Translations under genes and position numbers: made by a program
From: an uncultured delta proteobacterium
Lineage (GTDB): Bacteria > Myxococcota_A > Polyangia > Polyangiales > Houyiibacteriaceae
DNA: 64,000 nucleotides
Direction: 5' to 3'
Assembly: GCA_963699755.1 (NCBI GenBank)
Contig: CAVOVB010000001.1
Location: forward strand, 1,664,001-1,728,000
Shown here: positions 54,038 through 62,847 of the stretch, piece after piece
Layout: each line of letters opens with the position of its first letter
Numbering within the stretch: position 1 is the first letter of the stretch
The notes under the pieces: model-generated
Told to the model about the DNA's origin: nothing
Databases searched by the model: none
What the model saw: only the letters and a program-made list of their open reading frames with translations

Positions 54038-55366
54038 ATGAGCCCAAATCCAGATCTGAAGCACAAAGTTGCCGACCTTTCGTTGGCCGACTGGGGACGA
54101 AAGGAAATCGCAATCGCCGAGCATGAAATGCCCGGACTGATGGCGCTTCGGCGCGAGTATGGCGCTCAAAAGCCGCTCGCTGGCGCGCGGATTGCTGGCT
54201 GCCTTCACATGACCATTCAGACAGCCGTTCTCATCGAGACGCTCCGCGAGCTCGGCGCCGAGGTCACCTGGACGAGCTGCAACATCTACTCGACTCAGGA
54301 CCATGCTGCGGCGGCCATCGCCGCAACCGGCGTTCCCGTCTTCGCCTGGAAGGGGGAGACCGAGGAAGAGTACGACTGGTGCATCCAGCAGCAGATTCGC
54401 GCGTTCGACGGCGGCAAGGCGCCGAACATGCTGCTCGACGACGGCGGTGACCTCACGGCCATTGTCCACCAACAGTATCCAGAGCTGTTTCAAGGCCCCG
54501 ATCGCATTCTTGGCCTCTCCGAAGAGACCACGACCGGCGTGCATCGTCTCTATGAAATGGAGCGTGACGGCGTGCTCAAATGCCCCGCCATCAACGTGAA
54601 CGACTCGGTGACGAAGGCGAAGTTCGACAACCTCTATGGCTGCCGCGAGTCACTCGTCGATGGCATCAAGCGGGCGACCGACGTCATGATCGCCGGCAAG
54701 GTGGTCGTCGTCGCTGGCTACGGCGATGTGGGCAAGGGTTGCGTCCAAGCCGTGGCCCGCGCAGGCGCTCGCGTTCTGGTGACTGAAATCGACCCGATTT
54801 GCGCGCTTCAGGCGACGATGGAGGGTCTCCAGGTCGTCACGATGGAAGAGGCCGCTCCCATCGCCGACATCTTCGTCACAGCCACGGGCTGCTGTGACGT
54901 CGTGACCGGCGAGCACATGAAGCAGATGAAGAACGAGGCCATCCTCTGCAACATCGGTCACTTCGATTCGGAGATTCAAGTCGCCTGGCTCACCGATCCT
55001 GCCAACGGCATCACCGAAGAGGAGATCAAGCCGCAGGTCGACCACTTCATCTTCCCCGACGGCAAGCGCATCATCTTGCTTGCACGCGGTCGCCTGGTGA
55101 ACCTCGGCTGCGCCACGGGCCATCCGAGCTTCGTGATGAGCAACTCGTTCAGCAACCAGGTGCTGGCCCAGATTTCACTCTGGACCGAGCGCGATCGCTA
55201 CGAGGACGGAAAGGTCTACGTGCTCTCGAAGGAGCTCGACGAGAAGGTCGCCGAGCTCCATCTCGGGCAGCTCGGCGCCAAGCTCACCAAGCTCACGCCG
55301 GCCCAATCCGAGTACCTCGGGATCTCACCTCAGGGTCCGTTCAAGCCGAGCTACTACCGCTACTGA
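54038..55366 (+). CDS. ahcY: Adenosylhomocysteinase
   Basis: [48 protein letters not shown] aggag. Confidence 0.98.
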   Translation: MSPNPDLKHKVADLSLADWGRKEIAIAEHEMPGLMALRREYGAQKPLAGARIAGCLHMTIQTAVLIETLRELGAEVTWTSCNIYSTQDHAAAAIAATGVPVFAWKGETEEEYDWCIQQQIRAFDGGKAPNMLLDDGGDLTAIVHQQYPELFQGPDRILGLSEETTTGVHRLYEMERDGVLKCPAINVNDSVTKAKFDNLYGCRESLVDGIKRATDVMIAGKVVVVAGYGDVGKGCVQAVARAGARVLVTEIDPICALQATMEGLQVVTMEEAAPIADIFVTATGCCDVVTGEHMKQMKNEAILCNIGHFDSEIQVAWLTDPANGITEEEIKPQVDHFIFPDGKRIILLARGRLVNLGCATGHPSFVMSNSFSNQVLAQISLWTERDRYEDGKVYVLSKELDEKVAELHLGQLGAKLTKLTPAQSEYLGISPQGPFKPSYYRY

Positions 55367-55372
55367 GCCACG

Positions 55373-56275
55373 ATGGTCTCGCTTTTGATCGAGACTTGGC
55401 GCTACTTTGCGTCGCATGATGGGCGATTGCTCTCCGGGGCAATCGCCTTCTATGCGTCTTTGGCGATCGCTCCGCTCGGGGTCGTCGCCTTGCTGATCGC
55501 CTCGCTCGTCATGTCGGAGTCGGCGGCCCGGGAGGAGCTCGTCGGGCAGGTCGGGGCCTTTCTCGGGCCCGACCTGGCTGCGTTCCTCATCGACACGATC
55601 GTCAAGCTCGGCGATGAAGCGACGAGCTTCGCAGCTCCCGTACTCGGCGCGATCTTCATGCTCTACATCTCCGCGCGCCTGTTCTCCATGCTCCGGCGCG
55701 CGCTCAATCACATGTGGGGCATTCGACCCAAGCTCTTGGTTCACGCCAGTCGTTCCGAGACCTTGCATCTGGTACAGCGGCGACTGCTCGCGTTTGCAAT
55801 GGTTCTGGTGTTCGGAAGCTCGCTGATCGCCTTGGTCTTGCTGCACTCCGGCGCCGCAGCGGCGGCCCACCTCTTCGGCGACAGCCGCTACATGCTGACC
55901 TTGGCCGAATTTGGCAGCGCGTTCGCGGTCATGGCGCCCCTGATCGCCCTGGTTTACCGCTGGCTTCCGGACGCCGTCATCGCCTGGCGTGACGTCTGGG
56001 TGGGCGCCGCGGTGACTTGCCTGTTCGTCCTTGGCGGCTCCTTCTTGATCGGCATCTACCTCGGCTACGCAAGCCCGGCTTCGATTTACGGAGCGGCTGG
56101 ATCGCTGATCGTCTTGCTTCTGTGGATCTACTATACGACGCAGATCTTCCTGATGGGCGCGGTGTTCACGCGGGCCTGGGCGCGACGGCATGGAAGAGCG
56201 ATCGAGCCGCTACCTTTTGCCGAAGCGGTCGAAACCCGCGACTACTCGGCAAACGTCTCGGCCAGCGAAACGTAG
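55373..56275 (+). CDS. YihY/BrkB family membrane protein
   Basis: GAIAFY.SL..P, YRWLP, YGAAGSLIVLLLWIYY..QI.L.GA. Confidence 0.9.
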   Translation: MVSLLIETWRYFASHDGRLLSGAIAFYASLAIAPLGVVALLIASLVMSESAAREELVGQVGAFLGPDLAAFLIDTIVKLGDEATSFAAPVLGAIFMLYISARLFSMLRRALNHMWGIRPKLLVHASRSETLHLVQRRLLAFAMVLVFGSSLIALVLLHSGAAAAAHLFGDSRYMLTLAEFGSAFAVMAPLIALVYRWLPDAVIAWRDVWVGAAVTCLFVLGGSFLIGIYLGYASPASIYGAAGSLIVLLLWIYYTTQIFLMGAVFTRAWARRHGRAIEPLPFAEAVETRDYSANVSASET

Positions 56276-57285
56276 TGCGGCGCATGCTTGGGCGCTTCCG
56301 TCGAGCTGCCGTGCATGTGCTTGTCGAGGAAATCAAACAGAGCGCCCCATTGCTCGCGCGCAGCGGCGCGCCAGAGCAGAACGTTGAAGGCGTGGATCTC
56401 CCCGCGGAATACGTGCATCTCGCAGTCGGTGCCGCGTTTGGCAAGCGCGTCGTTCAGGCGAATGGTGTCGCCCAAGAGCGGGTCAGCCGTGCCGACGGTA
56501 GTGAAGAACGGCGGGAGCGGACGGCTTCCAGGCACTGCTGGCCTTTCAAACAGGCGCAGTGGGCTGGCCAGCGGGAACTGAAGCGCTCGCTTCACACGTC
56601 GGCCCAGGTAGGAGTAGGCGGTGCCTCGTATCTCGCCCTTGATCCAGCTTGCCATGCGCCGGCTCTTTTCTGGGTCGCGCCAGAAGCGTCGGACGTCGTG
56701 AACGTCGAGCAAACCGTACAAAGGAGCGACGCAGGAGATCTTCGCATCACGCTCGAAGATGCTCCGAGTGAACGGCTCGGGGCGTGGGTGCGTTGCGCAA
56801 TACGCGAGTGCCGCGGTGAGATTCGCGCCGGCGGACTCTCCGATGATCGCCAGCCGCGAGGTATCGGCACCGTACTTGGCCCCGTTGTCGAGCACCCACT
56901 CGAAAGCTGCGATCGCATCCTTGAGGGGTTTCGGATAGGTGTGCACCGGGCCGAGCCGGTAGTTGATGTTGAAAACCTGATAGCCCTGGGCCGCCAGGAC
57001 GTAGGCCATGATTCGGTGGGTGTCTTTCGACATCATCGAGAATGCGCCGCCGTGGACGTAGACGATCGTCGGCAGGGACCCAACGGCGTCTCTGCTTCGG
57101 TAGATGTCCAAAAGGTGTGAGCGCCTACGCGTGTTTCGGTACGGCACGTTGTGTTCGACGTGAACACGGCGCCAACTCTGAATCACCCAGGGAAGCACGC
57201 CGTACCCGAGGTGCGAAAGGCGATTCGCTGCCTTGTCCACGCCGTTGCGCACCAACGGCATGAGGGAGTCACGGGGACGGGCCAT
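56242..57285 (-). CDS. Alpha/beta hydrolase (HSL-family esterase)
   Basis: HGGAF, NYRL, GESAG, DPL, HAF. Confidence 0.9.
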   Translation of the reverse strand: MARPRDSLMPLVRNGVDKAANRLSHLGYGVLPWVIQSWRRVHVEHNVPYRNTRRRSHLLDIYRSRDAVGSLPTIVYVHGGAFSMMSKDTHRIMAYVLAAQGYQVFNINYRLGPVHTYPKPLKDAIAAFEWVLDNGAKYGADTSRLAIIGESAGANLTAALAYCATHPRPEPFTRSIFERDAKISCVAPLYGLLDVHDVRRFWRDPEKSRRMASWIKGEIRGTAYSYLGRRVKRALQFPLASPLRLFERPAVPGSRPLPPFFTTVGTADPLLGDTIRLNDALAKRGTDCEMHVFRGEIHAFNVLLWRAAAREQWGALFDFLDKHMHGSSTEAPKHAPHYVSLAETFAE

Positions 57286-57311
57286 GCCTCAATGATAGGG
57301 GTAGAAGCCGC

Positions 57312-58853
57312 TTACGAAAAGAAGCCGAGCTTCTTGAGCGCACTCCCATAGATGAATCGAATCATTCCATCGATTTCCTCTATGGTTTTCGCGGTATGTG
57401 GGTACCAAACCCGCTCTTTGTTTGCGGCCCAACGGTCGATGAAAATGGGCTGCTGATGGGTATATCCGCGAAGCCCTCCGAGGCCGTTGACCTGGCCCAC
57501 ACCGCTGTCCTTCATGCCGCCGAATGGCGCTTCGGGTGCGCCATAGGCCATCGACGCATCGTTGATCACGACCGAGCCCGTTTCGAGTCGCTTTGCGATC
57601 TCGATGCCCTTCTCAATGTTGCGCGTCCAGACGCTGCCGCTCAGCCCGTATTGTGAATCGTTGGCAAGACGAATCGCCTCTTCTTCGTCGGCGACACGCA
57701 TGACCGAGACAATCGGACCAAACGTTTCTTCCCGCATCAGCTCCATCGTGTGGTCGAGTTTGCGCACGAACGTTGGCTTGTAGAAAAGGCCCTTGCGCGT
57801 GTCGGCTTCTCCACCGACCACGATCTCAGCGCCTTTTGCTTTCGCGTCCTCGATGTGGCGCTCGATGATCGGCAATTGGCGATCCCAGAACACCGAACCC
57901 ACATCGACGTCATCGCCAGAGCCGTATCGGAGCTCGCTGACGATCTTTCGTACGCGATCTTCGAACTCGTCGGCCACGGATTCGACCACGTAGACCCGCT
58001 CCACACCCATGCAGACATGGCCCGAATTGAGCATGGAGTTGAAGACCGCACCGCCAGCAGCGCGTTCGAGATTGGCGTCCTCGCAGACGATCATGGCGTC
58101 TTTTCCGCCGAGCTCCAGCGTGCACGGGATCAGCTGCGCTGCGCACGCCGCCGCGATCTTCTTGCCCGTCCGGACGCTGCCGGTAAACGAGATCTTCTGT
58201 ACCCCGCCCTGAACCAGCGCTGCTCCCGTTTCTCCATCCCCGTGCAAGGTCTGTACGACGCCTTCGGGCACCCCCGCTTCCCTCAGGAGTCGGATAGCCC
58301 AGTCGCCGGAATACGGCGCGACTTCCGAAGGCTTCAAGATGACCGCGTTGCCCGCGAGTATCGCCTGCACCGTCGGATTCATCGCCAAGGAAAAGGGGCC
58401 GTTCCAAGGTGTGATGATGCCGACCACGCCAAGCGGTCGGTAGTGCATCATGAGCTTTTTGTAAGGGCGCAGATAGCCGTGGAGCTTTCGCTTCTCGTCC
58501 GAGAGCTCCTTCAGCGCGCGCCCGCACCAGAAGTTGATGTAGTCGCAGGATGGAAGGACCTCCATGATCAAACACTCGAGCTTCGTCTTGCCCGTTTCGT
58601 CGATGATCGTCTTCACCACCGCTTCGCGCTGCTCGACCAGAACGTCGATCGCGCCTCGGACGATGCGCGCACGTTCCGCTATCGGCACCCGAGCCCATTC
58701 CCTCTGCGCATCTCGCGCCTTGGCGATCGCTGCTTCCACATCGGCTTGGCCGTTGACGAGGATCTCGCCCACGGATTCGCGCGTTGCCGGGCTCCGAATT
58801 CCGAGCCTGCGGCGCCCCTCGGAAGTTGGGGAAAGTGGTTCGACGATGGCCAT
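57312..58853 (-). CDS. Aldehyde dehydrogenase
   Basis: PWNGP, LKPSE, FTGS, LELGGK, GHVC, EETFGP, PFGG; SD aggag before ATG 58853. Confidence 0.95.
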   Translation of the reverse strand: MAIVEPLSPTSEGRRRLGIRSPATRESVGEILVNGQADVEAAIAKARDAQREWARVPIAERARIVRGAIDVLVEQREAVVKTIIDETGKTKLECLIMEVLPSCDYINFWCGRALKELSDEKRKLHGYLRPYKKLMMHYRPLGVVGIITPWNGPFSLAMNPTVQAILAGNAVILKPSEVAPYSGDWAIRLLREAGVPEGVVQTLHGDGETGAALVQGGVQKISFTGSVRTGKKIAAACAAQLIPCTLELGGKDAMIVCEDANLERAAGGAVFNSMLNSGHVCMGVERVYVVESVADEFEDRVRKIVSELRYGSGDDVDVGSVFWDRQLPIIERHIEDAKAKGAEIVVGGEADTRKGLFYKPTFVRKLDHTMELMREETFGPIVSVMRVADEEEAIRLANDSQYGLSGSVWTRNIEKGIEIAKRLETGSVVINDASMAYGAPEAPFGGMKDSGVGQVNGLGGLRGYTHQQPIFIDRWAANKERVWYPHTAKTIEEIDGMIRFIYGSALKKLGFFS

Positions 58854-58893
58854 CGATCTGCTCCTGTTGATTCGCCTCGCCGGGGGCGACGAC

Positions 58894-58907
58894 TGAAACA
58901 TGTTCTA
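58894..58907. promoter_or_regulatory. KstR-like TetR operator (TnnAACnnGTTnnA)
   Basis: TGAAACATGTTCTA, 40 nt upstream of the aldehyde dehydrogenase start. Confidence 0.5.
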
Positions 58908-58948
58908 CTGACCAGCCGCCCAAACGCAAGCAGGCCCCTAGAGTTGGC

Positions 58949-58970
58949 ATAACTGTAATATTACACTTAT
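58949..58970. promoter_or_regulatory. AT-rich palindromic operator candidate
   Basis: ATAAc-TGTAATATTACA-cTTAT: 12-bp perfect core, 22 bp with one mismatched pair, in a divergent promoter region. Confidence 0.55.
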
Positions 58971-58980
58971 ATTTCAAAGC

Positions 58981-61695
58981 ATGCGCGCATCGATTTGTGT
59001 GGCCCTGCTTTGCGTGGCCGTGGCTGGCTGTGGAGATGCTTCAACGAGCTTTCCCCCTCGTCTCGGCACAGCGGGAAGCGGCGGGACGCCCAGCCCCGAT
59101 GGCGGCATCCTCTTCGGTTGCAACTGCCCGTTTGGAGAAGCGTGTTCTCCCGAGGGTCTATGCACTTCGATCTGCGGCGACCAAGCCGCCTGTGTCTTCG
59201 GTGGGACGGCTCAATGCTGTGGTGCCGGCAGCGTCTGCCAGGACGGGAGCTGCGTCACGGATTGCGGAAACGAAGTCGAGTGCAACGGGTCGTGCTGCGA
59301 AAGCACGGAGATGTGTTTCGAGGGAGCATGCGTCGCGCAATGCGATGATCCGTTGCAGCTCTGCGGAAATGACGATGAGCTCTGCTGTGCGAGCGGCGAG
59401 GGCTGTATCGGCAGCGCTTGCGTCCCGCTCCTGAACGACTGCACGTTCAGCGAGGATTGCGAGGTCGACGAGCTTTGCGAGCCCAGTCTCGGCGTGTGCA
59501 TTCCCCGCGATTCCGTCGACGTCTGCGAGTATCGGCCTCCAGTTGGGGACTTCGCGCCGACCATCGCCTGCAGGTGGACACCTCCCGAGGCACCGTCCGG
59601 CGCCAACGCCGAAGCCATCGAGCTCGCGAGCATGAGCGACGTCGTGATGACGCCGTCGGTGGCCAATCTCACCGACGACAACGGAGATGGCGTCACCGAC
59701 GTGTTCGATACCCCCGACATCGTGTTCGTGAGCTTCAACCGCACTGCGAACGGCTGCTGCACCAGCCGAGGCGTGCTGAGGGTCGTGTCCGGCGCCTGCA
59801 ACGGCGACGGAACGATGAACACGCACGCCACGCTCAAAGGCCTAGGAGCGGGGGATTGGATTGGGAATTCCACGGGTATTGCACTGGGCAACCTGCACCC
59901 CGACGACATGAGCGCAGAGCGTGTTCCTGAAATCGTCGCCACCTTCAAGAACGGGGGCACCATCGCCTGGCGGCGAACCGCGGATGACGGCTCGGTCTGG
60001 GAAGTCATGTGGCAAAACGACGAGCTTCCGAGTAACCAGCACACCCGCGGCGGCGCTCAACCGTCGATTGCCGACTTGAACGCCGACGGAAGGCCCGAAG
60101 TCATCGTCGGTAACGTCGTGCTCGATGGTCTGACGGGAAAGGGGCCAAACGACGCCGACTTGCCGGCGGAGGCGCTGGCCTGGGATGGGCGCGATCTCGA
60201 ATCCGCGACCCCCGGGTCCAATCTTGGAATCGGGAACAACGCGTTCCTCGGTCCGGTGTCGACCGTCGCGGATCTCGATCGGGATGGGCTCCAGGAAGTG
60301 ATCGCCGGGAACACGGTCTACAACTACGACGGGAGCCAGCGCTGGACCTACGAGTACACGACGGTCAACTCTAGCTGTGGGGGTTCGCTCGATTGTGACG
60401 GCTACAATGCAGTCGGCAATTTCGATGGCGACGACGACGGAGAAGTCGTGATCATTCGACAGGGTGAGCTCTTCATTCTCGACCACGATGGCTCTCCCGT
60501 TGCTGGAATTCCACTGCCGATTCGCATTCCCGGTGCTCCGGCAGACGTCGCGGAGCCCACGTACGCGCCGGCCGCCTACGTGCCCTCGGCCCCGCTCTAT
60601 GACGAGGACGGGGACCTTCTTCCACCGGAGCGGATTCTCTGTGGCGGAGCGCTGCATCTGCCCGCTTTCGACTCCGCAGGAAATCCAATCATGAGCGGGG
60701 GTTCCCAGGTCGTGGTCGACACGGCCGGTGCGAACGAAAGCGGACCGCCGACCGTGGCGGACTTCGACGGAGACGGATTTGCCGAGGTCGGTACGGCGAG
60801 CTCGACCGCCTACGTGGTTTTTGATTTCCAGTGTACGGGGGACCCGCTACCCCCCGAGTGTGAACGCGAGTGGGTCCGCTGGATGGTCGAGAACGACGAC
60901 TGCTCGAGCCGCGCGACCGGGTCGAGTGTCTTCGACTTCGAGGGAGATGGCTCCGCCGAGGTGGTGTATGCGGACGAAACGACGTTTCGCATCTTCAGAG
61001 GGTCCGACGGTACCATTCTCTATGAGGACTCTACCCACAGCAGCAACACGCGTGTGGAAATGCCCATCGTCGTCGACGTCGACAACGACGGGAAGTCCGA
61101 GGTCGTGATTCCCGAGCCGAATACCAATCCGGGTCTCGGTGGCATCGAGATTTGGGAAGATGCCGACAACAACTGGGTCCGAACCCGACGCATTTGGAAC
61201 CAGCACGGCTACAGCGTCACCAACGTCACCGAGGATGGTCAGATTCCACGCGTTCCAGCGACGAACTGGACGCGCTCGAGGCTCAACAATTTCCGGCAGA
61301 ACGTTCAACCCGGGGGGCTTTTTGATGCTCCCGACTTCGTCGTTCGCGAGATTTCGAGACTCGATTGTGACGAGAGTCATTTCGTCTTGGCGATCGTCGT
61401 AGGCAATGATGGCTCGTTGAGCGTCCCGCCGGGGATTCTCACCCACGTCGTGGTGACCAGCGACGATGGGCGGGTCTTCGACCTCGGCACAGCTGCGACT
61501 TCTGGATGGTTGCTCCCGGGACAGTCCGAGCAGCTCGAGGTCGTGTTCGCAATCCCGGATGGGCCCTCGATTGGCACGATCGTCGTTTCGGCCACGGTGG
61601 ACGAAGACGGGCTGGGCGGCCAGCAGTACAACGAATGTGACGATGAAAACAACGCTGCGGCGTCGAATCCGCTGAGCTGCCCGTCGGTCGAGTAG
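58981..61695 (+). CDS. Cys-rich lipoprotein with FG-GAP/VCBS beta-propeller and C-terminal CARDB-like domain
   Basis: VAVAG-C lipobox; Cys repeats; multiple DxDxDG..E loops; TRRIWNQHGYSVTNV; ECDDENN. Confidence 0.85.
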   Translation: MRASICVALLCVAVAGCGDASTSFPPRLGTAGSGGTPSPDGGILFGCNCPFGEACSPEGLCTSICGDQAACVFGGTAQCCGAGSVCQDGSCVTDCGNEVECNGSCCESTEMCFEGACVAQCDDPLQLCGNDDELCCASGEGCIGSACVPLLNDCTFSEDCEVDELCEPSLGVCIPRDSVDVCEYRPPVGDFAPTIACRWTPPEAPSGANAEAIELASMSDVVMTPSVANLTDDNGDGVTDVFDTPDIVFVSFNRTANGCCTSRGVLRVVSGACNGDGTMNTHATLKGLGAGDWIGNSTGIALGNLHPDDMSAERVPEIVATFKNGGTIAWRRTADDGSVWEVMWQNDELPSNQHTRGGAQPSIADLNADGRPEVIVGNVVLDGLTGKGPNDADLPAEALAWDGRDLESATPGSNLGIGNNAFLGPVSTVADLDRDGLQEVIAGNTVYNYDGSQRWTYEYTTVNSSCGGSLDCDGYNAVGNFDGDDDGEVVIIRQGELFILDHDGSPVAGIPLPIRIPGAPADVAEPTYAPAAYVPSAPLYDEDGDLLPPERILCGGALHLPAFDSAGNPIMSGGSQVVVDTAGANESGPPTVADFDGDGFAEVGTASSTAYVVFDFQCTGDPLPPECEREWVRWMVENDDCSSRATGSSVFDFEGDGSAEVVYADETTFRIFRGSDGTILYEDSTHSSNTRVEMPIVVDVDNDGKSEVVIPEPNTNPGLGGIEIWEDADNNWVRTRRIWNQHGYSVTNVTEDGQIPRVPATNWTRSRLNNFRQNVQPGGLFDAPDFVVREISRLDCDESHFVLAIVVGNDGSLSVPPGILTHVVVTSDDGRVFDLGTAATSGWLLPGQSEQLEVVFAIPDGPSIGTIVVSATVDEDGLGGQQYNECDDENNAAASNPLSCPSVE

Positions 61696-61774
61696 CCCGC
61701 AACTCCCAGTTTTTCGAGCAAGCGATCATGGCTATTGTTCAAAAGGGCCATCTAGGCGCATACTCGTCGATCCG

Positions 61775-62299
61775 GTGCTTCGTACATCCACGATCCCGCC
61801 GGCAAGCCGGCTGATTATCCGACAGGGAGGGGTTTCTGACCTCGGCGGGATCGTTCGGCTCTGCGAAAAGCATGCGGAGTATTGGGATGGCCTGCTCCCC
61901 AGTGCGATACGGTTGACTCGCTTTTTCGAGCGCGCTCTGAAGTCACAGGACGAGATCTTTCAGTTCTGGATCGCTGAAAGCGGGCGCGGCGCGATGGTGG
62001 GCTGGGAGATGCTGTCCGCCGAGACTGCTGATCCGGCGAATCGACGTCTGACTGCCCAAGCGACCACCTGTCTTGGCCGGGAAAGCTCTGCACTTGGTCG
62101 CATGTTGGCGACCCACGCGATTCGACACGCGGTTCGTACACCGCTTCAGTACGTGTTCGCACGGGTGCCGACTCGCAACACGCTGATGCTCAGCGTGCTC
62201 GAAGCGGTGGGTTATCAAGAAGTGGGTCTGATTCCCGAAGCGGCCAAACCGCCCACGCGTCCCGAGCAGCTCGAGTTCGTGTACGTCGTCGAGCGCTAG
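61775..62299 (+). CDS. GNAT-like N-acetyltransferase
   Basis: IRQ..SDLGGI, LGRML, N..ML..LE.VGY.EVG. Confidence 0.65.
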   Translation: MLRTSTIPPASRLIIRQGGVSDLGGIVRLCEKHAEYWDGLLPSAIRLTRFFERALKSQDEIFQFWIAESGRGAMVGWEMLSAETADPANRRLTAQATTCLGRESSALGRMLATHAIRHAVRTPLQYVFARVPTRNTLMLSVLEAVGYQEVGLIPEAAKPPTRPEQLEFVYVVER

Positions 62300-62361
62300 G
62301 GGCATCGTCCTCGCTTGCCCTCGGCACTGTTTCGGATAAGGTGCCCGATCTGGGAGGCGCC

Positions 62362-62847
62362 ATGGCGACGAAGCGAACGCCGAAGAAGAGAACCCCGAAG
62401 AAGGCGACGAAGAAGCGAGCGAGCAGAGCGCCCCGCAAAGAGACCGCGACGCGCTCTCCACGGGGCGAGGAGCCCCAGAAGAAGAGTGCGAGCAAACCGT
62501 CGGCCAAGAAGCGAGCGAGCAAAGCGCCCGCGAGCCGGGCGACCGTGCCCGCAAAGCCACGGGCGAAAAAGAAGGCAGCGGGAGTGTCAGCGCCAGTGTC
62601 CGCGCCAGTGCCACCGTCAGGGCCAGTGTCAGCGCCAGCGTCAGCGTCCGTGTCCCCGCCAGCGTCGGGGTCTGCGACAGCGGCCTCGTCTCGTCCGCCC
62701 TCTTATCTGGAGGGGGTGCCTCAGGATCCCGCTGAGCTCGTTTCGGGCCTCTTTCAGGTGTTTCGGGGGGCCGCCAAAGACCTCAAGACCCTCGTCACGC
62801 AGGCGATTGCCATCAGCAATCACAAGGACGATCCCTTCGATCGATGA
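62362..62847 (+). CDS. Hypothetical protein with histone-H1-like basic N-terminus
   Basis: KRTPKKRTPKKATKK..., VSAP linker, helical C-terminus; SD gggagg. Confidence 0.68.
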   Translation: MATKRTPKKRTPKKATKKRASRAPRKETATRSPRGEEPQKKSASKPSAKKRASKAPASRATVPAKPRAKKKAAGVSAPVSAPVPPSGPVSAPASASVSPPASGSATAASSRPPSYLEGVPQDPAELVSGLFQVFRGAAKDLKTLVTQAIAISNHKDDPFDR

